A stretch of 64,000 bases of DNA, taken from contig JAXLYF010000011.1 in assembly GCA_046351615.1 (NCBI GenBank), forward strand, positions 10,882-74,881. The letters are read 5' to 3'. Below are positions 19,361 to 28,530 of the stretch, one piece after another (position 1 is the first letter of the stretch; each line of letters starts with the position of its first letter). The position numbers and the translations under genes are program-made. The notes under the pieces were generated by a model. The model was not told where the DNA came from. It saw nothing but the letters and a program-made list of their open reading frames with translations, and made no database searches. The stretch comes from Polyangia bacterium (GTDB taxonomy: Bacteria; Myxococcota_A; Polyangia; Palsa-1104; JAEUJZ01).

Positions 19361-20747
19361 GGAGCAGTTTCTGAACGCGGAACTGATGAGTGGACTTGAA
19401 GCGCTGCCAGGTCGCTACAAACTCGGCGTTTTCTTCCGGCGTCGGCGCGTGTCCAACCAGCAGCTTCCAGTAGTCCTTGGTCGCTGAGATCGCGAAGGCA
19501 TCACTATCGACCGCGACCTGAGCCCACTCTCGCAGGTTGTTCACCGGCTTGCCAAAGATCACTCCCTTTTCAGGGGTCTGGCTGATGCGTGGCGCAGCGG
19601 TCGGGAAGAACATCTCGAGCCGATTGGGAATGTACTGGGTTTCGTACTTGGATGAAGCGATTCCGTTGTAGTTTCGGAATGGATACGTCAGTGGATCGAG
19701 CGTGGCATGACACGCTGCGCACTCTTTGGCGGTGACTCCCTTGGCGTCGTAGTCCTGTGGTTCGTTGGCGACGCTGTAGAGTCCTTCCTGCTTGGCGATG
19801 TCGAGTCCCAGATACGCGCGATACATCTGTGATGCTGCGTTGCGAGGAATCGCCGTAAACATGATGAAGTCGGTGAGCGACCAGGCTGTGGTCATGTTGC
19901 CTGCGCGGTGCGCTTGATCGACTTTTTGGGATGTCAGACTGGCGACCTTGCTGTAGCGCGTCGGGTTGACATCTCGACGGACAAAGAAGTCTGCGGTCAG
20001 TACTTCGCGCGCATCGTGATCATCGGTCTGGGTGTACGCAAACAGGTTGTAGTCGTCGTAGTAATCGGCCAGCGGAACGCCGCCTTTGTCTTCGCCATCT
20101 TTGAGCGATCCAACCGGACGAATCTTCGGATGCGCGACCTTCCAGAGCTGTCCGTTTTTGCCTCGCCAGAACTCTGTCTGCGCGCAGCGATCGATCTCTG
20201 TATCAATGAAAGCACGTCGTTCATCGTCGCTGGCTTTGGACACAAACGCATTTACGTCTGCAAAGGAAGGAGAGACTCCGCACAGGTCGCGCAGCACCTT
20301 TTTGTAGGCATGGCGCAGATCGTAGCGACACACCGAATACTGCGGATTGTCGCCTCCCTGACAGGCGTTGCTTCCCGGCTTGCTGCTGGGATCTGCGGGC
20401 TGGGTTCCACGCTGAATTTCTTCCAGATTGCTGACGCCGTCACCGTCGGCATCTTGCGCTTCAACTGCTGTGAGAGCGCTCGGAAGTGCGGTCGAAAAAT
20501 CCGCATCCGAAAGGGGTCGCGGCATGCCGAGCGCGAGGCTCTTTTCGAGCATCGTTCCAAAGACATTTCGCTGCGGCGGAGCGATGTGACAGTAGGTGCA
20601 AGAAGGCTGCTTTCCGACACACTCTGGGGATGTGGGGTACTTTTGACAGAACACTCCGCCAGCGGGGGGCTTTGCTTGTGCCTGTCCGGCCAAGCCCAAG
20701 CCCAAGACCGTCGTCAAGAGCGTCCACTGTAACGTGTATGTTTTCAC
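19323..20747 (-). CDS. Secreted protein with a cytochrome-c-like CxxCH motif (PSCyt-like), first gene of a three-gene minus-strand cluster
   Basis: Signal peptide MKTYTLQWTLLTTVLGLGLAGQAQA; CTYCH motif near the N-terminus; second CAACH motif; co-oriented with the Tat-signal DUF1501-like gene. Confidence 0.55.
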   Translation of the reverse strand: MKTYTLQWTLLTTVLGLGLAGQAQAKPPAGGVFCQKYPTSPECVGKQPSCTYCHIAPPQRNVFGTMLEKSLALGMPRPLSDADFSTALPSALTAVEAQDADGDGVSNLEEIQRGTQPADPSSKPGSNACQGGDNPQYSVCRYDLRHAYKKVLRDLCGVSPSFADVNAFVSKASDDERRAFIDTEIDRCAQTEFWRGKNGQLWKVAHPKIRPVGSLKDGEDKGGVPLADYYDDYNLFAYTQTDDHDAREVLTADFFVRRDVNPTRYSKVASLTSQKVDQAHRAGNMTTAWSLTDFIMFTAIPRNAASQMYRAYLGLDIAKQEGLYSVANEPQDYDAKGVTAKECAACHATLDPLTYPFRNYNGIASSKYETQYIPNRLEMFFPTAAPRISQTPEKGVIFGKPVNNLREWAQVAVDSDAFAISATKDYWKLLVGHAPTPEENAEFVATWQRFKSTHQFRVQKLLHDIVKTEAYGAP

Positions 20748-21054
20748 GAACTTACGCCTCCGACTGCGTAGTGGATGTCCATGCAGGGATCGCTGGACTG
20801 TTCACGGAACCACATCGATGTTGGACTTCCGATCTGGATGCGACACACAGACGTATGGCTAGCGTAGACGAAGCGCTGCCTTTGATGGTTCCAAACTGCG
20901 GTACGGATGCAATCGCAGCGACGGTTGTCTGTGGGATGAAAGGGGCTCTGTAGGCGCGTTGGGAATGCGCGCCAAGTGGACGCTGCTGCGCGATTCCGTT
21001 CGCCGCTTGGCTTGGCCGAGCCGCGACACGCGGAATCAGCAGGATCGGCGCGTA

Positions 21055-22509
21055 CTACGGCGTCGCGATCAGCACTTTGTACGGAATCGGATACTTGTTG
21101 CCAAAGGCCAAGATTCGCAGACAGCGCGGGTCGGTCGTGGTTGCAATGTCATGGGCGGTAGAGACCAATACTCCGCTGCCAGATACCGTGGTCGCAAGGC
21201 AGTCTGCATCGGACGTGAGCATCATTGAAATGGCCGTTGCAGTCGGTGCTTGTACTTGAACCATGATGTCACTTCCTGCCACTGCTGCGCCAAATCGGAT
21301 GTAATCAACGTCTCCTGCATAGTCGGTCGCACCATCGGTTGCATAGGCACCTTTTCCTGCGGCCAAGTTGGTGACTGTCGCGAGCGGTGTGCTGCCGGTA
21401 TCTGCGGTGCCAGGCTCTTTGGCAGAAAAAGAACTGCTCGGTAGTGCGCGAATCACCAGCTCATGCGTGTATCCAGTGGCATACCCCGTAAAGTTGGTAG
21501 GATATGTAGAAAGATAGTAGGTTTCAGCATTGGGCAGAAGCGCAAGGCTTCCCATGACCGTCTGGCCCATGTTGTTTAGGAATGTTCCTTGTGCATTGAG
21601 TGGCTGTCCACTGCCGAACATACCATTGCTGGGGGCCAGTGCTGCGTTGACAGATGGAAGCTGCTGACCAAAGTTGCTGTATTGCACATACAGGATCTGA
21701 TTGGCCGCCGTGGTGGCAAATCGATACAGGTTGGTGCTGAGCGGAGTCAGGAAGTCTTGATTGCCAATCGGTGTTCCCAGCGTAAGCGCAGTCGGATTCC
21801 GCGCTGTGACGGTGGGCATATTGGCATCTTGCGGTGCTGCGTAGTAGCTGACGGGCTGACCGAAGACGTCTGAACCGGCGACTCGCACCGAAGAAAGCGG
21901 ACCCGCTGCGGCCAGCGGATCGATGAGCGCCGTGGCCGTGAGTCGACCGGCAGTGATCGTCGCACCCGTGGTGATCGGCGAGGCTGCCGCGCCACCCAGT
22001 CGAGGCTGTCCAAACGTCGTGATGAACGGATTTTGCACGTAGTCTTGGTTGCGCAGCACAATCGGGACCAGTCCGCCCTGCATGCCAGAGGCTGGAGTCG
22101 TCTGCTGCTCTGCGGTCAGCGACGGAAGGACCGAAAACGCACCGGACAGCTTGATGGTGCGGTCGCCAGAGGTGATCGTGACATCGTGTGCGCCTACTTT
22201 TGCGGCATCAGAGATATCAACAGATAGCGTGATGTTTCCATCGCCATTTACAGCCATTTTCCCAACGGTAATGCCTGGATCTGCAAAATCAACGGTTGGC
22301 ATTGCCGATTGAAACGCTGTTCCTGACGTTGCGATCTGAACCTGCGGTGAGCGACCCAAGAAACCGGAATTTGGAATCAGTCCTGCAATGACAGGCATTG
22401 CCGTGCTGGCGGATTCCGTCGGGCTGTCTGAGCTACAGCCAAAGACAAAGCTGAGAGACAAACAGGCAGTGACGCGAAGCAGCGTCTGCCCGAAAAACTG
22501 ATTGTTCAT
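21055..22509 (-). CDS. Hypothetical lipoprotein (~485 aa), Thr/Ala/Gly-rich, probably beta-rich surface protein
   Basis: Start at MNNQFFGQTLLRVTACLSLSFVFGCSSDS (lipobox FVFGC); no catalytic motif recognised. Confidence 0.6.
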   Translation of the reverse strand: MNNQFFGQTLLRVTACLSLSFVFGCSSDSPTESASTAMPVIAGLIPNSGFLGRSPQVQIATSGTAFQSAMPTVDFADPGITVGKMAVNGDGNITLSVDISDAAKVGAHDVTITSGDRTIKLSGAFSVLPSLTAEQQTTPASGMQGGLVPIVLRNQDYVQNPFITTFGQPRLGGAAASPITTGATITAGRLTATALIDPLAAAGPLSSVRVAGSDVFGQPVSYYAAPQDANMPTVTARNPTALTLGTPIGNQDFLTPLSTNLYRFATTAANQILYVQYSNFGQQLPSVNAALAPSNGMFGSGQPLNAQGTFLNNMGQTVMGSLALLPNAETYYLSTYPTNFTGYATGYTHELVIRALPSSSFSAKEPGTADTGSTPLATVTNLAAGKGAYATDGATDYAGDVDYIRFGAAVAGSDIMVQVQAPTATAISMMLTSDADCLATTVSGSGVLVSTAHDIATTTDPRCLRILAFGNKYPIPYKVLIATP

Positions 22510-22972
22510 CGTGATGTACTCCTCAAGACCGGATCGCTCCCCGCAGCTCGGTGTCTGGCTGCATGGGCCGTTTGAAATCAACGACACCGCCGCGCCGATC
22601 GTAAAGGATTCATGGGCTGTCAAGCAACGGATTTGGAAACGATTTGATTGTTAAATATCCGGTGATTGGTCCACTGCTCATAAGCAATTGAATGGAAAGA
22701 AGAGACGTTGCCTGAATTTGAGATCCGGTATTTGATGACAGCTCTGAAGTGTTGAAAATATGACGCTACGTGCGATTTGCTTATGCATGTTCATTTGTTA
22801 ATTGTGCTGAAATCTGTCGTATCGTCCTGTTTTCATTTGTTCGCGGGCTTTATGTGCGCAAATGAAGTTGCAATCGATCGTCAGTCGCTGAATCGATCGC
22901 AGAGGACAGGCGCGCTGGCTGGGAGGACGCATCCGCGCAAGTGTGGACCGTCTGGCGCTGCGGGGTCATCCG

Positions 22973-23818
22973 TCAGCTTTGCCGGATGCGTGGGCCAGGG
23001 CGAGGCAGTTGCTCTTGATGACGGAATTCGTCCGGCGTCAGTCCTGTGCGACGCTTGAAGTGTCGATGCAGATGGCTCTGATCGCAGAATCCGACGCTCA
23101 AGGCGACCTCGCAGGGACTCTTTCCGCTAGCGAGCAGAGACTGTGCCGCTTCAATCCGACGCTCGATGAGATACGCATGCGGCGGAAGTCCATACTCTTG
23201 GCGAAACAAGCGAACGAGCGACACCGGATGCAGGTTGGCGAGCTGAGCGAGCTCTTCCAAGCGAAAGCCATGGCACGAGTGCTGATCCAGAATCGTGCGC
23301 ACTCTGGCTACATCGGTGCGGAGCCCTGCGCGACCTTCTGCGTGAGCTGACAAGCCCGCTGAGCGGGTCAGCTCAACCAGGAGATGGACCAGCGCCTCTT
23401 CGATGCTGTCGGCTGTACGTAGCGCCAGAAACCGGCGTAGCAGCACGGGACTTTCGAGCTGCGCTGCAGAGAAAGCCTGCTGGACAGAGGATGGACCCAA
23501 GCGACTCAATCGCGCGGAATCAATGCGCAGAACGGTCATCGCGGATGGCTGCTCAACGGATACGGTACGGAAGTGAGCGCCGGGGGGCTTGAGTCGAATC
23601 CCTCCTTCATACGTGATGCGATCGGTGGCACCGATTCGCCAGACGGATGCGCCAGTGTCAATGGAGGTGATGGTGAAGGTCTGTGTCTCACCGCTCCACA
23701 GCCTGCGTGACTGCGCCAGCTTGGCCCACTGCACGCCGGTGTAAATGGTTCGTAGCAGGACCAGAGGGTCACGGTCCTCTGGAAGCTTTGGGGTGCGATC
23801 CATGCTTAAAACATCCAA
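22973..23818 (-). CDS. AraC/XylS-family transcriptional regulator
   Basis: C-terminal double HTH: LEELAQLANLHPVSLVRLFRQEYGLPPHAYLIERRIEAAQSLL...SPCEVALSVGFCDQSHLHRHFKRRTGLTPDEF; N-terminal cupin-like ligand domain. Confidence 0.85.
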   Translation of the reverse strand: MDVLSMDRTPKLPEDRDPLVLLRTIYTGVQWAKLAQSRRLWSGETQTFTITSIDTGASVWRIGATDRITYEGGIRLKPPGAHFRTVSVEQPSAMTVLRIDSARLSRLGPSSVQQAFSAAQLESPVLLRRFLALRTADSIEEALVHLLVELTRSAGLSAHAEGRAGLRTDVARVRTILDQHSCHGFRLEELAQLANLHPVSLVRLFRQEYGLPPHAYLIERRIEAAQSLLASGKSPCEVALSVGFCDQSHLHRHFKRRTGLTPDEFRHQEQLPRPGPRIRQS

Positions 23819-23859
23819 GACGCAGCTGGGGTCCGATCAGCATAGTTGCTTTTCGGAGG

Positions 23860-24591
23860 ATGCAGAGCATGCAGCGTGGACCGAGTGATTTTTTTGTCTT
23901 TGGTGCGAGCAGCGAGCTGGCGCAACGGCTCTTTGAACAGGAGAGAGCCTGGCTCTTGGCAAATGTGCGAAGGCTTGTCTTGGTGCAGCGGAGCAGAGAG
24001 GTTGCATCGGCGTATCAGGGCTTCGATGTTCAGCTTGAGATCGCGGACGCTGCGGACCCTCGTGCGTTCGCAACGGCGCTTGAGCAGATCGTCCAACGTC
24101 ATGCGCAGGCCAAGCAGCACATGCATGTCTTTCCAACCTATGGAAAGTTCAACTGGAGCACGGCTCGACGACCGCACTTTGTCCCCTCCCAGGATGGCTT
24201 TCAGATAAACCTCAACTCGAGGCTTCAGATCATTGAAGCGTTTCGGTCCTTCGCTGCGAACACTACGTTCCATCTGCTCGGATCTCTGCTGTCGAACTTT
24301 CCGTACCTTGGCGACTACGCGATGAGCATGTGGTACGTGAACCAGCTTCCGAGTCATCCCTCGTATAGTGATCTGGATCTGCGCGTCTACAACTTGGGAG
24401 GAATGAAGACTCGCTTTTGGGATCACTCCAAAGAGAACACTGCATCGAATCCCTTCCTTCACAGAGAGATTCCTACGCGACAACTTCTACAAGCGATGGC
24501 CAGTGATCAGCGCGGAGTCACAAACATCTATCCGACGACGCTTTCACGCGCGCTCAGCTGGATTGCTCGTCGCGGAGTACGCCTGTTGTAG
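23860..24591 (+). CDS. Hypothetical protein (~243 aa) divergent from AraC regulator; weak Rossmann-like N-terminus
   Basis: GGAGG immediately before ATG 23860; FFVFGASSELAQRL resembles an NAD(P)-binding beta-alpha start but lacks a full GxGxxG motif; function not assignable. Confidence 0.5.
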   Translation: MQSMQRGPSDFFVFGASSELAQRLFEQERAWLLANVRRLVLVQRSREVASAYQGFDVQLEIADAADPRAFATALEQIVQRHAQAKQHMHVFPTYGKFNWSTARRPHFVPSQDGFQINLNSRLQIIEAFRSFAANTTFHLLGSLLSNFPYLGDYAMSMWYVNQLPSHPSYSDLDLRVYNLGGMKTRFWDHSKENTASNPFLHREIPTRQLLQAMASDQRGVTNIYPTTLSRALSWIARRGVRLL

Positions 24592-24630
24592 GCGACGTGA
24601 GCTTGATGCTCAAGGTCTGCGGCTTGAGAC

Positions 24631-24662
24631 TTCCGCAACTTTCTCACTCGGGCTGCGGAAGT
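24631..24662 (+). terminator. Candidate intrinsic terminator hairpin (8-bp stem CTTCCGCA/TGCGGAAG, 16-nt loop) followed by TTTG
   Basis: Read directly 40 bp downstream of the 23860..24591 stop. Confidence 0.3.
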
Positions 24663-24834
24663 TTGACCGTCCTTTCTCGATGGACTTGATCTGTTCTGGC
24701 TTGAGATCCCGGTGACTCGCTCCTCGTCGGAGTGTGGGGTGGTCGTTCCCTCGTGCGGAGTCTGTCTGAAGCAGCATGGGCGTGCGTCGGTGCGGAAATT
24801 TTTCCAGTTCCAGTGACAGTTTTGTGCGGGCTCG

Positions 24835-25341
24835 GTGTTGGAGAGCCCGGAGGAAATCACGATGCGACAATCCATGAGTCTTGCGCTGAGTCTGTTTGCG
24901 ATGGCGGCCTGCGAGCAGAGCTACGAACCCGATGTTCCGATGATGACAACGACGGAGATGAACACCTCGCTGGATCGGGTGGAGCAGACGCTGAGCCGGG
25001 ATCATCCCAAAGCGCTGAGCGGCCTGCCAAGTAGCGTCAAAGCGGCGTTTGCACAAGCGCGCGCAGAGGTGCAGTTCCCAAAGAGCGTGGATGAGTTTTC
25101 CTTTGTGCTGAGTGCCGCGATGGCGACGCTGGGCGATTCCCATACTTCCTTGGCGGTGCAAGCAGACAGACAGACAGACTTTGGCATTGTCGATCTTCCG
25201 CTTGTGTGGCTAAAAGAGGGTCTGGTCGTCAAAAAGGATCTGGGTCCGCTGCGCAAAGGAGACCTGATTGTAAGCATCGGACAGCGCGTTCGCTTCGGTC
25301 CTGCTGGCAGATCTACGGCGAGTGATTCCGTCGGAAAATGA
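24835..25341 (+). CDS. N-terminal part (signal peptide + PDZ-like region) of an S41 C-terminal-processing peptidase; ends prematurely, 4-bp overlap with the next ORF in another frame
   Basis: Signal/lipobox LSLFAMAACEQ; PDZ-like GDLIVSIG; ORF stops where an S41 peptidase would continue. Confidence 0.5.
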   Translation: MLESPEEITMRQSMSLALSLFAMAACEQSYEPDVPMMTTTEMNTSLDRVEQTLSRDHPKALSGLPSSVKAAFAQARAEVQFPKSVDEFSFVLSAAMATLGDSHTSLAVQADRQTDFGIVDLPLVWLKEGLVVKKDLGPLRKGDLIVSIGQRVRFGPAGRSTASDSVGK

Positions 25342-26225
25342 TGACTGTGCGCGCGCGTGCGGCAGAGCTTCTGGTGCGCAGTGACTACCTTCGCTGCGGA
25401 GTCCTGGGTCAGCGTGGTGAGCGTCTCGGTCGGGCGAAACGGGTGCAACTGGATCTGCGCCTGTCGCTTCGTCCGGCTCCGCAAGTGGTAGAGAGTCCGG
25501 TTCCGTTTGTTCGCTATGAGATCGATCTGGCGCACTCGCTGGGTGTGCTGTCGCTGGATGCCTGTACGCACAACGATCTGTTTGAACAGACGCTTCAGCA
25601 GTTTATGACAGAGGTTGCGCGCAATCGGATTCAGAAGATCGCGATCGATCTGCGACAGAATCGCGGTGGAGACGCAACGGTTGCGCTGTCCTTTCTGCGC
25701 TACATTCCGAAGATGTATTCGGCATTTTCCGTCGAGCTTCGCAGCTCTGCGGACTTGCTGAAACAGATCCGGCGTTTGCATCTGATGCCTACGTACAAGC
25801 GCTTGCTGCGTTCGGAGTCGATGCCAAGCTGCCTTCTATACCATTCCGGCTCCCGCCATTGCGGCGCTCCTTTCGTCTTCGCTTCCGACGGTGGATCCGA
25901 GTCTTCTGTATTCAGGAAAGCTCTATGTCTGACCGGACCGCAGACCTGGAGCAGTGCGAATCTGTTTACGCTGCTCGTGAAAGACAATCAGCTGGGACAG
26001 CAAGTGGGAGAGTCGATCGGAAACGAGCGAACTTACGGACAGCAGCTTTCCTTTGAGCTGTCAGGAACGCACTTTCTGTTTCACTCTGCGTCGAGCCGAA
26101 ACATCCGTCCCAATCCCAAGCTGCCCAATGATCGCGCGGTCGTTCCTGATGTAGAAGTTCCGCTGCTGCGCAGTGATGTCTTGCGTGATCGCGATCCGGT
26201 GCGCGCGTACATCGAGTCCTTGTAG
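25338..26225 (+). CDS. S41-family peptidase catalytic domain (C-terminal part of split gene)
   Basis: IAIDLRQNRGGD (S41 'DLRxNxGG' signature) and catalytic-Ser block TGPQTWSSANLF; together with 24835..25341 totals ~460 aa, typical of tail-specific proteases, suggesting a frameshift. Confidence 0.55.
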   Translation: MMTVRARAAELLVRSDYLRCGVLGQRGERLGRAKRVQLDLRLSLRPAPQVVESPVPFVRYEIDLAHSLGVLSLDACTHNDLFEQTLQQFMTEVARNRIQKIAIDLRQNRGGDATVALSFLRYIPKMYSAFSVELRSSADLLKQIRRLHLMPTYKRLLRSESMPSCLLYHSGSRHCGAPFVFASDGGSESSVFRKALCLTGPQTWSSANLFTLLVKDNQLGQQVGESIGNERTYGQQLSFELSGTHFLFHSASSRNIRPNPKLPNDRAVVPDVEVPLLRSDVLRDRDPVRAYIESL

Positions 26226-26263
26226 GCGAGGCTGCGTGCAGACAGCGGAAGAGGGAACGCTCG

Positions 26264-26924
26264 TCATTCCTCGCTCGTTTCTCGGGATGCAGAGATCGCA
26301 GTGATCTTCGGGACTTTCTGCGCTGTCTCAGATCCGGTGAACGATTCCCAGACGATGTGCGTGGGCGAGCGCGGCCACGATCCGGACACCACAGCCGCAC
26401 CACGCGCGGTCGATCGAGCGTAGGTGCGCACGCCGTCTCGTTCTTGCCAGGCAGAGGCAATCACTTGCTCGACGACGGACCGTCCAGGTGTTCCATCGCG
26501 ATGAAGTAGATTCCGTCGCTGGTGCTGCCGCTGGTGTAGACGGTGGCGAGGTTGCGATGAGACAGGCGGGCTGCCGCGCGTGCTTCTTGATGGAATCGTG
26601 CAACCACCTTGCCGTCGTGGGCGAGATCTGAGCGCAGGATCTTGAGCGCGACCTCTCGATCCATTCGATCTGGAGTGCGCGATAGACGGTTCCCATTCCG
26701 CCTTCACCCAGGCGTGCGACGATCGCGAAGCTCTCAATCCGACGACCAATCAGCGGATCGATCTGCGCGTTGGGTAGCTCACTCGGGTCGATCAGAATCG
26801 CGCCGTCGTGCGGACAGAACAGCTCGCCCTCTGTCTGGCTGGGACGCTTGCAGACCGCACAGACGAGGGACTGTGGCCCCAGCTGATTCCGAGAGGGACG
26901 TGTTTGCAAGCGCGTAGCCACCAC
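26264..26924 (-). pseudogene. Remnant of a Ser/Thr protein kinase (N-lobe only) broken over at least three reading frames
   Basis: Frame A: Zn-ribbon-like CAVCKRP...CPHDG then G-loop LGEGGMGTVYRA; frame B (26461..26664): VALKILRSDLAHDGKVVARFHQEARAAARLSHRNLATVY...YFIAMEHLDG (subdomains II-V); frame A again: ALAHAHRLGIVHRI (VIb) then stop; no DFG/APE region. Confidence 0.55.
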
Positions 26925-26980
26925 CCTGCGACATCATATCGCCTAAGGGAAGCGGCGTTCAATGTGCCGTAACGGAACGT

Positions 26981-27037
26981 CTTAGGCGGGGCGGAGGTGG
27001 GACAACCACCGACGGTGCGCTCGGAGCCGAGGGAGCC
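26981..27037. repeat. Copy A of a ~57-bp direct repeat; copy B at 28530-28586 is the 3' end of the OmpA-family gene
   Basis: cttaggcggggcggaggtgggacaaccaccgacggtgcgctcggagccgaggga vs 28530 cttaggcgggcggaggtgggacaaccaccgacggtgcgctcggagccgaggga (one extra g in copy A). Confidence 0.85.
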
Positions 27038-27274
27038 GCTGGGACCGCACCATGATTCCTCGCAGCCTCAAGCAGGAGGGTGTTCTGCCTGAGCGGACGC
27101 GGAAGGATAGGAAGCGTGAGCGCAGGACGGTGTAGAGGACAGGAAGCTTGCTGCGCAGTGGGCACAGGAACTGCGGTGCGAGCCCAGGATAGCTCCTGGT
27201 CATTTCCCTGAACGGGTCTGCCATCAGGAATCTCTGTCTTTCCAGCGCCTTGCGGTTTTGCACACATCGCGCCG

Positions 27275-28519
27275 GTGGCTCTGCCTACAATGGACCGATG
27301 GGGGATGGTTGCGGTTGCTACCGTGTCGGATGATGGCGCAGCGCAGGCTCTGGTCGAGCTGCTCACAGAACATGAGATCCCGGTAGATGTCCGGAGCTTC
27401 GGGACCGATTCCTATCTGGGCACTGCCACACCGCAGACCTACGAAGTCCGTGTCCCCGAAGATCAGCTCGACGAGGCGCGGTCCCTGATACGGAGTATCG
27501 ACAGCACGCCTGGCCCCTCCGATACGAAGCCGACAGATGAAGCAACCACACCGCTGGACGAGGAGCCCCAAATAGCCGAGAGCCAGGATCCGAGCGACGA
27601 GCTGCCTGCTGAGCGGAGCCCTCGGCTGTGGATGGTGGTGCCCCTGGGCATCGTCGGCATCGTTCCTGTCGGCTGCCTGTACGCGCGCTGGCCTCGCCTC
27701 GGCTACCTGCTCCTTAGCATTGGCGCAGGGGGACTCCTGGCTGGCCTGATGACCGGCCAGCCCCGTGGTCTCGTCCTGTTTGCCGTGGCAAAGGCCCTGG
27801 ACCTGGTGCTTGCGCCCACGCTCCTGGCCATCACCAGCCAGCGCCGAAATCAGAGCGAGAGGCCGCTCCGCAACGGGCTCCTGTTGTCGGTCCTCTGTCT
27901 GCTTGCCGTCATCGGGGTCGGGCTGTCTTGGCAATCGGCACAGCGGCGGAGCGAGCTCACGAAGCAGTCGTCGGTGCTCTTCGAGCAGGCCTTCAAGCAA
28001 ATCCTAGACGGGCAGCCTCCTATCGATGAAGCGGGGCAGGCGCTGAAGTTTCCTCCGGTGCCGGTGGGCCAGGTACACGCCGCCCTGGTGGAGTATTGCG
28101 TGACCTGGCCGCAGCGCCTGCGCAGGATCATCGAAGCGTACGTAGATCAGCGCCGTCAGTGGGAATCGCTTGATGGTGCGCCTCCTTCCGAGTCGTGGAG
28201 CCGGTTGCGCTTGCAGGATGCCCAGCAGCTCTGCGCTCTGGTCACGGAATATCAATCTGCCTGGGAGTCCATGGTCGAGCGGCTGCAGCCGGCCTTCCGC
28301 GAGGATCATTTGGCCCTGGAGCTATTCATTGGCTTCGAAACCGCCTTCAAGGGCAGCAAGGGACAGCAGCGTGTGAATCACCTGGTGGAGCTGATGGACC
28401 AGCAGTGCAAGCTGTGGCAGGCGCAAGCACAGCAGCTTGCCGATAACAAACCAGACGAGGGCTTGGAAAAGAGAGCCGAGCTGGCAGCGCAGCTCGGTGA
28501 AGCCCTGAACGGCTTCTGA
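27275..28519 (+). CDS. Membrane protein with N-terminal DUF2007-like (putative signal-transducing) domain, 4-5 TM helices and a C-terminal helical cytoplasmic domain
   Basis: MVAVATVSDDGAAQALVELLTEHEIPV resembles DUF2007; hydrophobic stretches LWMVVPLGIVGIVPVGCLY, LLLSIGAGGLLAGLM, LVLFAVAKALDLVLAPTLLAI, LLLSVLCLLAVIGVGL. Confidence 0.55.
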   Translation: MALPTMDRWGMVAVATVSDDGAAQALVELLTEHEIPVDVRSFGTDSYLGTATPQTYEVRVPEDQLDEARSLIRSIDSTPGPSDTKPTDEATTPLDEEPQIAESQDPSDELPAERSPRLWMVVPLGIVGIVPVGCLYARWPRLGYLLLSIGAGGLLAGLMTGQPRGLVLFAVAKALDLVLAPTLLAITSQRRNQSERPLRNGLLLSVLCLLAVIGVGLSWQSAQRRSELTKQSSVLFEQAFKQILDGQPPIDEAGQALKFPPVPVGQVHAALVEYCVTWPQRLRRIIEAYVDQRRQWESLDGAPPSESWSRLRLQDAQQLCALVTEYQSAWESMVERLQPAFREDHLALELFIGFETAFKGSKGQQRVNHLVELMDQQCKLWQAQAQQLADNKPDEGLEKRAELAAQLGEALNGF

Positions 28520-28528
28520 GTCAGGGCT
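28501..28528. terminator. Hairpin AGCCCTGA-acggcttctgag-TCAGGGCT between convergent genes (overlaps stop codon of 27275..28519)
   Basis: Perfect 8-bp inverted repeat read directly. Confidence 0.35.
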
Positions 28529-28530
28529 GC

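Noticed and set aside
26959-27366. 135-aa minus-strand ORF ending in APSAPSVVVPPPP
   Set aside because: Created by the orphan copy of the ompA 3' end (direct repeat copy A); not an independent gene.
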